Below are positions 8,541 through 16,929 of a stretch of 23,487 nucleotides of DNA, piece after piece; position 1 is the first letter of the stretch, and every line of letters starts with the position of its first letter. The notes beneath the pieces are model-generated. The model worked only from the letters and a program-made list of their open reading frames with translations, was not told the origin of the DNA and ran no database searches. The position numbers and the translations under genes are program-made. Source of the DNA: an archaeon (GTDB lineage Archaea > Undinarchaeota > CAZHTU01 > JBDRCC01); assembly GCA_043822065.1 (NCBI GenBank), contig JBDRCC010000004.1, positions 1 to 23,487 on the forward strand, read 5' to 3'.

Positions 8541-8562
8541 GAAGCAGGATTGTACCTGCTTC
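8541..8562 (-). terminator. Hairpin plus T-rich tract downstream of the 65-aa gene
   Basis: The minus strand reads GAAGCAGG-TACAAT-CCTGCTTC, then TTCTACGTTTATTTTTT. Confidence 0.6.
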
Positions 8563-8579
8563 CCCTGTTAACCGCCAGT

Positions 8580-8777
8580 TTAAGCCTTCTTAAGCAGAGG
8601 CAGACCGGTCTTTTTGCTCTCGATTACCTTTCGCCCAGCGGGAACTGCATCGAGCGGACCGCCGTTCGAAGTCTTCGGCTTTATTGTCTTCGCAAAGTAG
8701 TAAAGCGTTGTCTTCGGGGTATCCCTGAAGTGGAGATAATAGGTCTGTCCCTTTTTGTTTTTGTAGGTGAATACCAT
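8580..8777 (-). CDS. Small basic protein of unknown function
   Basis: Strong SD (AGGAGG) before the ATG, its own promoter and a 3' hairpin. The pattern YKNKKGQTYYLH...YYFAK...DAVPAG...KTGLPLLKK resembles a small hypothetical family I recall from bacteria and archaea, not verified. Confidence 0.85.
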   Translation of the reverse strand: MVFTYKNKKGQTYYLHFRDTPKTTLYYFAKTIKPKTSNGGPLDAVPAGRKVIESKKTGLPLLKKA

Positions 8778-8804
8778 TTGAAAACCTCCTTAATTCTGCC
8801 GAAA

Positions 8805-8843
8805 CTATATCCTGGAAGTATATGAAGCTTTCTATATCCTGGA
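8805..8843. promoter_or_regulatory. 12-bp direct repeat flanking the putative BRE/TATA of the 65-aa gene
   Basis: CTATATCCTGGA at 8805-8816 and 8832-8843. On the minus strand GAAAGCTTCATATA lies between the copies. Confidence 0.55.
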
Positions 8844-8928
8844 TTTGCAATAAATTCCGGCTTTTCCCTCGAGAAATTAAGCTGGCAGAGCTGGCGCTGG
8901 AGGTTATGGAAGTCCAAGAAAAAAGGAC

Positions 8929-9315
8929 TTAAACTTCGAACTCTTCTTCCCCAGGTGCGGCTGCGGGCGCGTCTGCAGGCTCTGACGCATCAGGGTCGTC
9001 TGCAGCGGGCTCGTCTCCGGATGGCTCTTCGGCAGATTCCCCAGCGCCTTCCTCGGCGCCGCTTTCTGCTGCGGGCTCTGACGAGGCTGCACCAACGGAT
9101 TCGCCGATGGCGAATTTCCTGAGGACGCGGGTTATTTTTACCTTAACCTTTTCGCCCTTCTTAGTGTTTGGAACAAAGATGACGAAGCCCTTCACGCGGG
9201 CAATGCCGTCGCCTTTTATTCCGACTTCTTCGATGATGACATCATATTCACCATCTACCTTTACCGGCTTTTCATAGGACTGCCGGAAACCTTCACCTTC
9301 ACCGTAATTTTCCAT
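8929..9315 (-). CDS. Single-TRAM-domain RNA-binding protein with a long acidic low-complexity tail
   Basis: KPVKVDGEYDVIIEEVGIKGDGIARVKGFVIFVP...GEKVKVKI. SD GGAGG upstream and an oligo-T tract after the stop. Confidence 0.92.
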   Translation of the reverse strand: MENYGEGEGFRQSYEKPVKVDGEYDVIIEEVGIKGDGIARVKGFVIFVPNTKKGEKVKVKITRVLRKFAIGESVGAASSEPAAESGAEEGAGESAEEPSGDEPAADDPDASEPADAPAAAPGEEEFEV

Positions 9316-9395
9316 GTAACTATTCCTCCGTAAATGAAGTGATATAGTATAATCTCCTCTTTTTAAAAGATTTACGAAAGTAAAAAATGGTTGCC

Positions 9396-9436
9396 TGCGC
9401 AGAAGTTATGCGCAAAAACCCAGAACCCTTATAAAT
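9396..9436 (+). promoter_or_regulatory. TGCGCA-N7-TGCGCA repeat upstream of the ssb TATA box
   Basis: TGCGCA at 9396-9401 and 9409-9414, TTATAAAT at 9429-9436, and an SD-like GAGTGAT before ATG 9469. Confidence 0.45.
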
Positions 9437-9468
9437 AATCCATTACTAACAGTTCGAGAGTGATCTAA

Positions 9469-9879
9469 ATGTTCATATCAGACTTAAAAGAAAGCATGAC
9501 AAATGTCGAGCTCAGCGCAAAGGTTGTCGAGCTCGGGCAGGTAAGGAACGTGAACACGCGGTTCGGGCCCAACAAGGTTTCTGACGCCATAATCGAGGAC
9601 GACACAGGCAAGGTCAAGCTGACCCTCTGGGGAAACGACATCGAGAAAATCAAGGTCGGCGACAAGCTGAAGTTAACCGGCGGGTATGTCAAGTCCTGGC
9701 AGGGCGAGCTCCAGGTAGGGGTTACCCGGAACGGGGCAATGGAAGTAAACGCCGAAAGCGGCGCTGCGGCACCCGGCAAGGCGGCAAAGCCGAGTGGAAA
9801 GCCTGCCGCAAAGGGAAAGCAGGCAGAACCTGAAGAGGAGCCGGACTACGTTTCTGAGGAAAGGCTCGAAGACGCTTGA
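9469..9879 (+). CDS. ssb: Single-OB-fold single-stranded DNA-binding protein (SSB/RPA) with a flexible acidic tail
   Basis: ISDLK...NVELSAKVV...IEDDTGKVKLTLWG...IKVGD...GGYVKSWQGELQVGV. Confidence 0.9.
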   Translation: MFISDLKESMTNVELSAKVVELGQVRNVNTRFGPNKVSDAIIEDDTGKVKLTLWGNDIEKIKVGDKLKLTGGYVKSWQGELQVGVTRNGAMEVNAESGAAAPGKAAKPSGKPAAKGKQAEPEEEPDYVSEERLEDA

Positions 9880-9913
9880 TAAGATTTATTAATAACGGGG
9901 ACATTCTCTCTGC

Positions 9914-11614
9914 ATGAACCCAACGTTCATAGTCGACTTAGGAGTACTTTTTATCGCCGCAACTGTGCTGGCGTACATTGCCTCGGCATTCCGCCAGCCG
10001 CTCATTCCGGCGTATATTATCGCAGGCATAATCATCGGGCCAATCGGGCTCGGGCTGATAAGCAACCCGCAGGACATAGGGACGCTCGCAGAGCTCGGGA
10101 TTGCATTCCTTCTTTTCATCACCGGCATGGAAATCGAGCCGCGCCTCCTGAAGAACATGGGCGCCTTCACTGCGATAGGCGGGCTGCTCCAAGGGGCAGT
10201 AACATTTGTTATGGGATTTGCAATAGGCACATTCTACAATTTCGGCTACCTGCCCTCTATTTACCTCGGTCTCATTGCAACTTTCTCTTCGACGATGGTC
10301 GTTGTAAAGCTCCTTTCCGACAAGAACGAGCTTTCGACCCTCCACGGCAGGATAATGGTTGGCTTCCTCCTTATGGAGGACGTAATGGCGGTTCTCGCCC
10401 TTTCCCTTCTGGGCAGCCTCGGCAACCTTGATGTAGCACACATCGGCTTTGCATTAATCAAGGGGCTCGGGCTGATATCAATGGCCATAGTCTCTGCAAA
10501 ATACGTGCTCCCGACTATTTTCAGGTTTGCGGCAAAGTCGCAGGAGCTTTTGTTCCTGACAGCAGTCGCAATGATGCTCTTCTTTTCGTGGCTGTCGATG
10601 AACCTCGGCTTCTCGATTGCGATAGGCGGGTTTGTTGCCGGCCTCGGGCTCGCGGCTTTCCCGTACAACCTTGAGATAATAGGCAGGGTGAGGTCGCTGA
10701 GGGACTTCTTCGCTACGATGTTCTTCGTAGCCCTGGGGCTCCAGTTCCAGCTCACTGGGCTGGAGGGCATGCTGATGCCGGCAGTCCTGCTGATACTTTC
10801 AGTGATAGTCATCGGGCCGCTTGCAAGGATGATATTGTGCGACGTATACGGCTATGAGATAAGGACATCCTTCCTAGTCGCGGGCGGGATGGCGCAGGTA
10901 AGCGAGTTCGGGCTCATAATAGCGATGTTCGGCTACTCTATGGGGCACATAGGCCTTCCGGTCTTCACGCTCACGACAATAGTCGCGTTGGTGACAATAA
11001 CAATGACGTCCTACTTCCTTGAATATGACCAGGAGATTTACGCAAGGGTTGCAAAGCTGCTGACCCACGTCATAAAGATATCTCCGCGGAAGAGGAAGCG
11101 GAAGGAGGCGGTTGAGCCCACCCAGCTGAAGGACCATATAGTAATCTTCGGGTTCGGCAGGGCTGGAAAGCGGGTGGTCAACGCCCTCCGCGGGCAGAAC
11201 CTAATCGTCGTCGACTACGACCCTGAGCTGATTAAGGAGCTCATGGTCGAGAAGATACCCTGCATGTACGGGGACATGGGGAACATAGAGGTGCTCCACA
11301 GGCTGAACCTGCCTGCGGCAAGGATGGTCATATCCACCGTGCCGTCTGAGGACGACAACCTGCTGCTCCTTGAGGTTGCAAAGGGCCCGATAGTAATCGC
11401 AAGGGCGCACTCGATTGAGGACGCCCTCTCGCTCTACGACGCCGGGGCGGACTACGTCATAATGCCGACATTCCTCAGCGGGGAGATAATAGGCCAGTAC
11501 GTAACAAAGTATTTCCACAAGAGAATGGACCTGCGCGAGCTGAAGCACCGGCACATACGCGAGCTCAAGAAGGAGTACGAAAGGGAGATACTAGACAGGT
11601 TCGGCAAGATTTGA
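9914..11614 (+). CDS. CPA2-family cation:proton antiporter with a C-terminal KTN/TrkA-N domain (KefB/KefC-like)
   Basis: QPLIPAYIIAGIIIGP, AELGIAFLLF, SSTMVVVKLL, LRDFFATMFF, QVSEFG, Rossmann GFGRAG, YGD and GADYVI. Confidence 0.93.
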   Translation: MNPTFIVDLGVLFIAATVLAYIASAFRQPLIPAYIIAGIIIGPIGLGLISNPQDIGTLAELGIAFLLFITGMEIEPRLLKNMGAFTAIGGLLQGAVTFVMGFAIGTFYNFGYLPSIYLGLIATFSSTMVVVKLLSDKNELSTLHGRIMVGFLLMEDVMAVLALSLLGSLGNLDVAHIGFALIKGLGLISMAIVSAKYVLPTIFRFAAKSQELLFLTAVAMMLFFSWLSMNLGFSIAIGGFVAGLGLAAFPYNLEIIGRVRSLRDFFATMFFVALGLQFQLTGLEGMLMPAVLLILSVIVIGPLARMILCDVYGYEIRTSFLVAGGMAQVSEFGLIIAMFGYSMGHIGLPVFTLTTIVALVTITMTSYFLEYDQEIYARVAKLLTHVIKISPRKRKRKEAVEPTQLKDHIVIFGFGRAGKRVVNALRGQNLIVVDYDPELIKELMVEKIPCMYGDMGNIEVLHRLNLPAARMVISTVPSEDDNLLLLEVAKGPIVIARAHSIEDALSLYDAGADYVIMPTFLSGEIIGQYVTKYFHKRMDLRELKHRHIRELKKEYEREILDRFGKI

Positions 11615-11800
11615 TTACTTCATTATCCGGTAATACATCCTTGCCTTCGCCCTGAGCTTCCGGTTTTTCACATTGAACGCGCACTTGTCGCAGGTCTTGA
11701 CCCGGACGTCGCCAAGCCGCCTGCAGGAAACCCAAACCTCGTCAGAATCCGGCCTGACTGTACATTCCGTCTCAAGTAGATAATTACAAAGTTTTACCAA
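11615..11800 (-). CDS. Putative 61-aa Cys-rich basic microprotein (TTG start)
   Basis: SD-like GGGGGT 6 nt before TTG 11800 and TTTATATA at 11850-11843. Five Cys including CDKC. The stop abuts the antiporter stop. Confidence 0.55.
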   Translation of the reverse strand: MVKLCNYLLETECTVRPDSDEVWVSCRRLGDVRVKTCDKCAFNVKNRKLRAKARMYYRIMK

Positions 11801-11860
11801 TTTGTTACCCCCGATTAGTGGTAATCTATGTGGGGCTTGAACTATATAAACCTTCTGGAG

Positions 11861-11876
11861 GAGATATATATATCTC
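11861..11876. promoter_or_regulatory. Perfect 16-bp palindrome containing the probable TATA box of the 640-aa gene
   Basis: GAGATATATATATCTC, centred about 26 nt upstream of ATG 11895. Confidence 0.5.
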
Positions 11877-11894
11877 AAGGTACAATACTAAACC

Positions 11895-13817
11895 ATGCAA
11901 AGCCCCAAGGACCTGGAAAAGGCCCTGCTTGCTGTTGAGAGGGACATCAAGGAGGAGGAGGGCGTACTGAAGAAGTGGGAGAATAGCCTCCGCGCACTTT
12001 ACCAGCTGCGGCAGAATAAAGAGATTAATACGCCAGAAAAAGCTTTCGACTTCATAGTGTACCTCGACATCATGCCTGTCTTGCAGTTTATCAGAGAGGC
12101 TGTCGAGGGGCACAGGAAGAAAGTACCGGACATAAACCCGCAACTGATTGAAATCGGCATCAACTCGCTAAAGGACGCCATGAGGAAATTTTTTAGCGTG
12201 CATTACCAGAGCACGGCGAAACGGGTTCATGGCAAGACGTATTCGAGCTATTACCTCAGCGCAGAGCATGGCACTGGTGCGGTGCTCTTAGGGGCGGTTG
12301 AAGGCGCAGGCTATCCAAAAATTTCATACTACTATACCATGCTAAGCGATGAGGACTTAGAGTTCTACGGGATAATTTACAAAAAAGCTTTAGAGGACTT
12401 AATGGAGGGCAGGGAGAACGCGTTCTTTGGCCTGCCGCCGAAAGTAAGGGGAAATGAGCGTATACGGAAAAGGATAGAGCCAGTCGCGCAGAAATTCCTT
12501 GAATGCCTTATGTCGGACGAGCCGGAGAAGGAATTTAAGACTGGAATAGCTAAAACTGAGAGGACTCTAAACGAGCTGCGCAAGGAGAAGAAAAGGCTGC
12601 AAAAGGCGAACGACCGTGCAGAGGAACGGATAAGGGTTGCCCAGATAGAAGCGCTTGGAGAAAAGCGCCGGACAGTATTAGGGCTTCACAAGAAATTGCT
12701 GGAGGATGAGCCGGATGCAAAGCTCCAGGAGGGAGTAGACAAGGCAACCGAGGAGCAACTTGACGAATGGATAGCGGACTTGAGAAAAAGAGTTTTTAGC
12801 TATGCAGCCATAAAAGACGCGGCTAAGGAGCATGAGAAGAAAAAAGAGGAGCTAAACGAGCTGCGAAAGCGTGCCAAGGAAGCGAACGCAACAGCTATTG
12901 CTGAAATGTGCCACGCCATCGCTACGTCACTGGCAGGGGGCGAGATAAGCACAAGTGAACTTGACCTTGTCGTGTCCACAACCACCGTCGACCTGAACAC
13001 CCTTCTCCGCAAGAGGGATGAGCTTCTGGAGGAAATAGCTGGCCAGCGGGACCTGTGGGAAGTGCAGAAGAGAAATAGGATGGCCACGGCGCAGCACTAC
13101 ATTGACCGCCTTGAAAAGGCAGAAAGAAGCATTAAAAAGAACCTCGTGAAGGACACCCTACGGAGCGCGGCCGCCGAGATAGAAAAGGTAGCGAACGCCC
13201 TTTACAGGACAAAGGACTTCCTCAGGTGGTACAACCGCCTGCTGGCATCCGTACGCGATTACCCCCTATTGAATGCCTACCTGAAAAACGCGCCAAAACT
13301 CATGGCTGAAGAAAAGTTCGATGATGTAGAGGAGCTTGTCAACCGCATCATGCTGGTATTGGACAACGCGCCAAACATGTCTGAAAACGAAAAAGGGCGG
13401 CTGCTTTCGCTGGCATCCGACCTCAGGCTCGACGCGTTTGCCTCGGAATTCAAAAAAATGGAAAAGAGGATGGCGGAAGCTGAGACGGACCCGACGGAGC
13501 AGGAGATACGCAGTTTGAAGAAAGACCTCAACATCGTGACATGGTCTGATGAGAGGATAGCCGAAAGGATGGACTCCGTATTCTACGCCATGGGGGAGTC
13601 CGGCAACGGCAAGCGGGAGTTCGAGCGCCTGCTGAAGACGCGGAGGTGGAGGAACCCGGCAACGCACAGGGCAAAACACATATTCGAGGCGCTTTACAAT
13701 GTCAGGGTCACCGTTGCGGGCGGCACGGGCGGAGAATTAGTAGTAGCCCTGGACTCGTCGCAGGTTGGCAGGCTGAAAGACTTCTTGGAACTGTACGACA
13801 AGATAAAAGGCAGGTAG
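11895..13817 (+). CDS. Large hypothetical coiled-coil-rich protein
   Basis: 640-aa ORF with E/K/R/L heptad-rich segments. No TM helix, Walker motif or family that I recognise. Confidence 0.85.
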   Translation: MQSPKDLEKALLAVERDIKEEEGVLKKWENSLRALYQLRQNKEINTPEKAFDFIVYLDIMPVLQFIREAVEGHRKKVPDINPQLIEIGINSLKDAMRKFFSVHYQSTAKRVHGKTYSSYYLSAEHGTGAVLLGAVEGAGYPKISYYYTMLSDEDLEFYGIIYKKALEDLMEGRENAFFGLPPKVRGNERIRKRIEPVAQKFLECLMSDEPEKEFKTGIAKTERTLNELRKEKKRLQKANDRAEERIRVAQIEALGEKRRTVLGLHKKLLEDEPDAKLQEGVDKATEEQLDEWIADLRKRVFSYAAIKDAAKEHEKKKEELNELRKRAKEANATAIAEMCHAIATSLAGGEISTSELDLVVSTTTVDLNTLLRKRDELLEEIAGQRDLWEVQKRNRMATAQHYIDRLEKAERSIKKNLVKDTLRSAAAEIEKVANALYRTKDFLRWYNRLLASVRDYPLLNAYLKNAPKLMAEEKFDDVEELVNRIMLVLDNAPNMSENEKGRLLSLASDLRLDAFASEFKKMEKRMAEAETDPTEQEIRSLKKDLNIVTWSDERIAERMDSVFYAMGESGNGKREFERLLKTRRWRNPATHRAKHIFEALYNVRVTVAGGTGGELVVALDSSQVGRLKDFLELYDKIKGR

Positions 13818-13835
13818 CCAAAGAACGGCAACCGA

Positions 13836-14177
13836 TTAAGCCATGAACTTCAGGATTTGGGCGACCATCACAATTATCAGCGCCACGCCCATCAGGGGCA
13901 CGAGCGCATTCGTGAAGATATAGCCGAATGATATCCCGCCCGGGATTATCCCGCGGACGACATACCACGCAGTTACCACCGCGATTATGAACGACGGCAC
14001 GGCGACTATGGTCAGGTAGTCGGTTTTTATGACTGTGAACAAAAGGACCATCAGCCCGAGGAATATGCATGAGAATGCCAGAAGGAAAGTCGGTATCTTG
14101 TCCATCAGGAAGTACTTGGCGTAAGCCGAGGTCCCGGTGCTGTAGTATATAACGAACAGCGGCAATATTGGGATCAT
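13836..14177 (-). CDS. Small hypothetical membrane protein (3-4 TM)
   Basis: Hydrophobic throughout. TTTATA lies about 25 nt upstream of ATG 14177. Confidence 0.65.
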   Translation of the reverse strand: MIPILPLFVIYYSTGTSAYAKYFLMDKIPTFLLAFSCIFLGLMVLLFTVIKTDYLTIVAVPSFIIAVVTAWYVVRGIIPGGISFGYIFTNALVPLMGVALIIVMVAQILKFMA

Positions 14178-14256
14178 GCTTGGATATAGGCATCTTGGCG
14201 TATAAATACCTTTTGAACCGGAAGAATTTTAAATCCCACCCTGCAATAGTAGTACC

Positions 14257-16080
14257 ATGAAAGGAAGAATGCCGGCAGTCTACAGTGTAATGGTAATCAA
14301 TATCCTTAGGACCAACGGGGTCATTCTTCCTGAGAAAGTATTCGAAAAGCAGTGCTATGAGCTTGGAATAATAGCTTATGAGCTCAATTACGAGGAGATT
14401 AAGCCGCTAGCTGAACGGCTGAAGAAAATCTGCAACGGCATTACCTCGCCAGGGGCACCTGAGCGGATTTACAGGGAGATGACGAAGATACAAGAGCTCC
14501 CGGAGGACACCATTGCGATACCGCTTGAAAAGGAGGAGAAGAACCTTATAGGGACTGCACTAATTGCGATTTTTGAGGATGAAAACCTCCAGCCTGCGGA
14601 AGGGTGGGGCGAGCAAGCCTGCAAGGCGGTCGGGGGAAGCACCCGGGATTTCCCGGCAGCGAAGCTTGGGGCGCTGGCAGTTGAGGTGCAAAAGAGGGTA
14701 AAGGGAATAATCGGCAGTGAGCGCGCGGGAGCGGCCAGGCGACGGGTGCAGAACCTCGTAGACGAGATGAGCCAGCTGAACGAGTGCGAGAGCGCAGGCA
14801 ACACCCTTTTTGAAAGGGGCGGAGCACCAAATTTTGAAAAAGCGCAGCAGTTCTACGACGATGCATTAGAGCTTGCGGAGCGGGTTGAGAAAAAATTAGG
14901 TTCAAGGAGGAAGATTTCTGGGATAAACCGGAAGAAAGCCAAGGTCTGCGCAAGACAGAATGACCGGAAGGGTGCCAAAAAGGCGGCAGACGCGGCCTGG
15001 GAAGTTGCAAAAAATACCAACGACGACTTCGAGCTGGCAGAGGTCCTGATAACAAAGGCGTACACAGTAGAGCGGCTAGGCGGGGAGGACCGGGAGCTTG
15101 AGCGCGCGGAGGGCTATCTGAAGGATGCTGCAGGCTACCTGGGAAAGCTCAAGGGCAACGACTTGAAGCAAGCGACCGCGGACTGGCACCTAATTTACGG
15201 GAATATATGCATAGCGCTAAAGCGTGACGCCGACGCCATAAAGCATTTCAGGGAGAGCGAGGACCTTTTCAAGGAGTTTGGGAACACGGAGGGCTTGGCG
15301 AAAGCCTACAACAACATTGGAGCCACATACTCGTATATGCAGGAAGGGTCGGATGCAGAGATAATAGAAAACCTCGAGAAAGCCATAGACTGGTACAAAA
15401 AGGCGATAGACCTAAGGGAGGCTGAAAAGAAGTATTTGGATTTCCTGCCGGGGAATTATGTAAACTTAGGCTCTGCCTACGCGGAAATAGCGCGCAGGAT
15501 AAAGGGAAAGGAGTCATACACCAACATCAAGAACCCGCTTAGAGAAGCCGAAAAAGCCTATGCCACGGCAGAGAAGCTTATGCGGGACAGGAAGCTCCAG
15601 GTGTTGAACGTCAAAGCAGGCATCTTTAGGCTCGGAGGCACGATAAGCGCACTTAAGGGGGACTGGAGAAACGCCAAGAGCGGCTATGAAAAGGCCATCG
15701 CTTTACAGCTAGAGGGCTCAACCGACAGGATGTTCCTCGGGGAGCTCTACTTCAGCTACGGCGAGCTGTGGGTTATGCGGGCAATGGGGGAGTTCGAGGT
15801 CAAGCCAATAGAGGCGCTGGAGTCTGTTTTTGAGGATGTCTTGAAAAAGTCAATAAGTGTATATGATGACATCGGCTCGGAAGACAAAGCCAACCTCAGC
15901 AGGGCAATGCTTGCAAAGGGCTATGAGGTTGTGGCTACTAAGATGCTCAAGGCGCGCGCGACTGACTTTACGCTCACTGGAAAGGCGAAAGAACGCCTTG
16001 AAAAAGCGCTAGAGCTGTTCGAAAGAATCAAGGATTCTGAAGGTGCAGAGCGGATAAGGAAATCCCTAAAGGAATTGTAA
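14257..16080 (+). CDS. Tetratricopeptide-repeat protein with a tandemly duplicated N-terminal helical domain
   Basis: TPR-like units such as LAKAYNNIGATY, AIDWYKKAI, NYVNLGSAY and AKSGYEKAI. TTTTAAAT lies about 25 nt upstream. Confidence 0.85.
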   Translation: MKGRMPAVYSVMVINILRTNGVILPEKVFEKQCYELGIIAYELNYEEIKPLAERLKKICNGITSPGAPERIYREMTKIQELPEDTIAIPLEKEEKNLIGTALIAIFEDENLQPAEGWGEQACKAVGGSTRDFPAAKLGALAVEVQKRVKGIIGSERAGAARRRVQNLVDEMSQLNECESAGNTLFERGGAPNFEKAQQFYDDALELAERVEKKLGSRRKISGINRKKAKVCARQNDRKGAKKAADAAWEVAKNTNDDFELAEVLITKAYTVERLGGEDRELERAEGYLKDAAGYLGKLKGNDLKQATADWHLIYGNICIALKRDADAIKHFRESEDLFKEFGNTEGLAKAYNNIGATYSYMQEGSDAEIIENLEKAIDWYKKAIDLREAEKKYLDFLPGNYVNLGSAYAEIARRIKGKESYTNIKNPLREAEKAYATAEKLMRDRKLQVLNVKAGIFRLGGTISALKGDWRNAKSGYEKAIALQLEGSTDRMFLGELYFSYGELWVMRAMGEFEVKPIEALESVFEDVLKKSISVYDDIGSEDKANLSRAMLAKGYEVVATKMLKARATDFTLTGKAKERLEKALELFERIKDSEGAERIRKSLKEL

Positions 16081-16093
16081 AAAAATAGAAGTA

Positions 16094-16111
16094 GCCGGCT
16101 TTTCAGCCGGC
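16094..16111 (-). terminator. GNRA-loop hairpin plus T tract between convergent genes
   Basis: The minus strand reads GCCGGCT-GAAA-AGCCGGC, then TACTTCTATTTTTTT. Confidence 0.7.
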
Positions 16112-16125
16112 GTTGATTCAGTAAA

Positions 16126-16929
16126 TTATTTCGCTGCTTCTACGATGCCGCCGCCACCGAGAGGCACTGCCTCAACGATGCCGCCGCCACCGAGCAATAC
16201 TTGCTCACGAATGAGCTGCTCACGGCCTCCGAAGCTAATTACAAGCTGGTCTAGCCGAACAGAATCAAATCCTGCAACAAGCATGATATCCCTGGCTGCT
16301 TCAGCAGTATAGCCTCGGCAAATGTTGGCAATCATGACATCTTCAGGAAGGAACATTCCTTCTCTTACTGCCAGATTTAGCCTCGCCTCGCTCCAGCCTA
16401 TAGCTTCCATTGCCCGCATTACGTCAAGAGCCCTGAACTGGGCGTCATTCATTTCTCGGGCAATTTGGGCGTCCTTAAGCACAAGTGCCCCTTGAGCCTC
16501 AAGAACCTCTAAAGCAGAGTAGCCTCCATCTTTCATCAAGCGGATGGCTTTGCCGTTGTTCCAGCTTCGGCTTTTCATGGCTTTTCCGATATCCTCGGAC
16601 TTGATGCCTTCGCGCTTTATCGCCTTAGCCATTGCCTTGTCGCTTACTGGAAGGACCTCAACTGCCTTGAGGACCTCTTCTGCCTTTGCGGCTTCCTCAA
16701 GGACTACCCCTTCCAGAAGAACGTCCTGAACAACTTCCTGCACAAGCTGTGTGTCTTTCTCTACTGCAATTTCCTCCCTAGCAAGCTCAGTTGCAAGAGA
16801 TTCCTGGGCCAAAACTGCAAATCCAGTTGGGCCAGCTGCATAGTCTCCAGCAGGTGCTGACATAAAAAGGCCAACAACTGCCACTATTGCTACCGCCCCG
16901 ATGACGGTAATCAAAAGTTTTTCATCCAT
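16126..16929 (-). CDS. Membrane-anchored or secreted protein with 14-residue helical repeats
   Basis: N-terminal TM followed by PTGFAVL, an exact 14-aa periodicity and a duplicated LGGGGIVEA tail. SD GGAGTGA and TATA TTATATA upstream. Confidence 0.85.
   Translation of the reverse strand: MDEKLLITVIGAVAIVAVVGLFMSAPAGDYAAGPTGFAVLAQESLATELAREEIAVEKDTQLVQEVVQDVLLEGVVLEEAAKAEEVLKAVEVLPVSDKAMAKAIKREGIKSEDIGKAMKSRSWNNGKAIRLMKDGGYSALEVLEAQGALVLKDAQIAREMNDAQFRALDVMRAMEAIGWSEARLNLAVREGMFLPEDVMIANICRGYTAEAARDIMLVAGFDSVRLDQLVISFGGREQLIREQVLLGGGGIVEAVPLGGGGIVEAAK
16142..16194. repeat. 33-bp-period tandem duplication encoding LGGGGIVEA twice
   Basis: ACGATGCCGCCGCCACCGAG is identical at 16142-16161 and 16175-16194. 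Confidence 0.9.

Noticed and set aside
11895-13817. 640-aa coiled-coil protein as the missing Rad50/SMC partner of Mre11
   Set aside because: No N-terminal Walker A, no CxxC zinc hook or hinge, and no C-terminal signature or Walker B motif.
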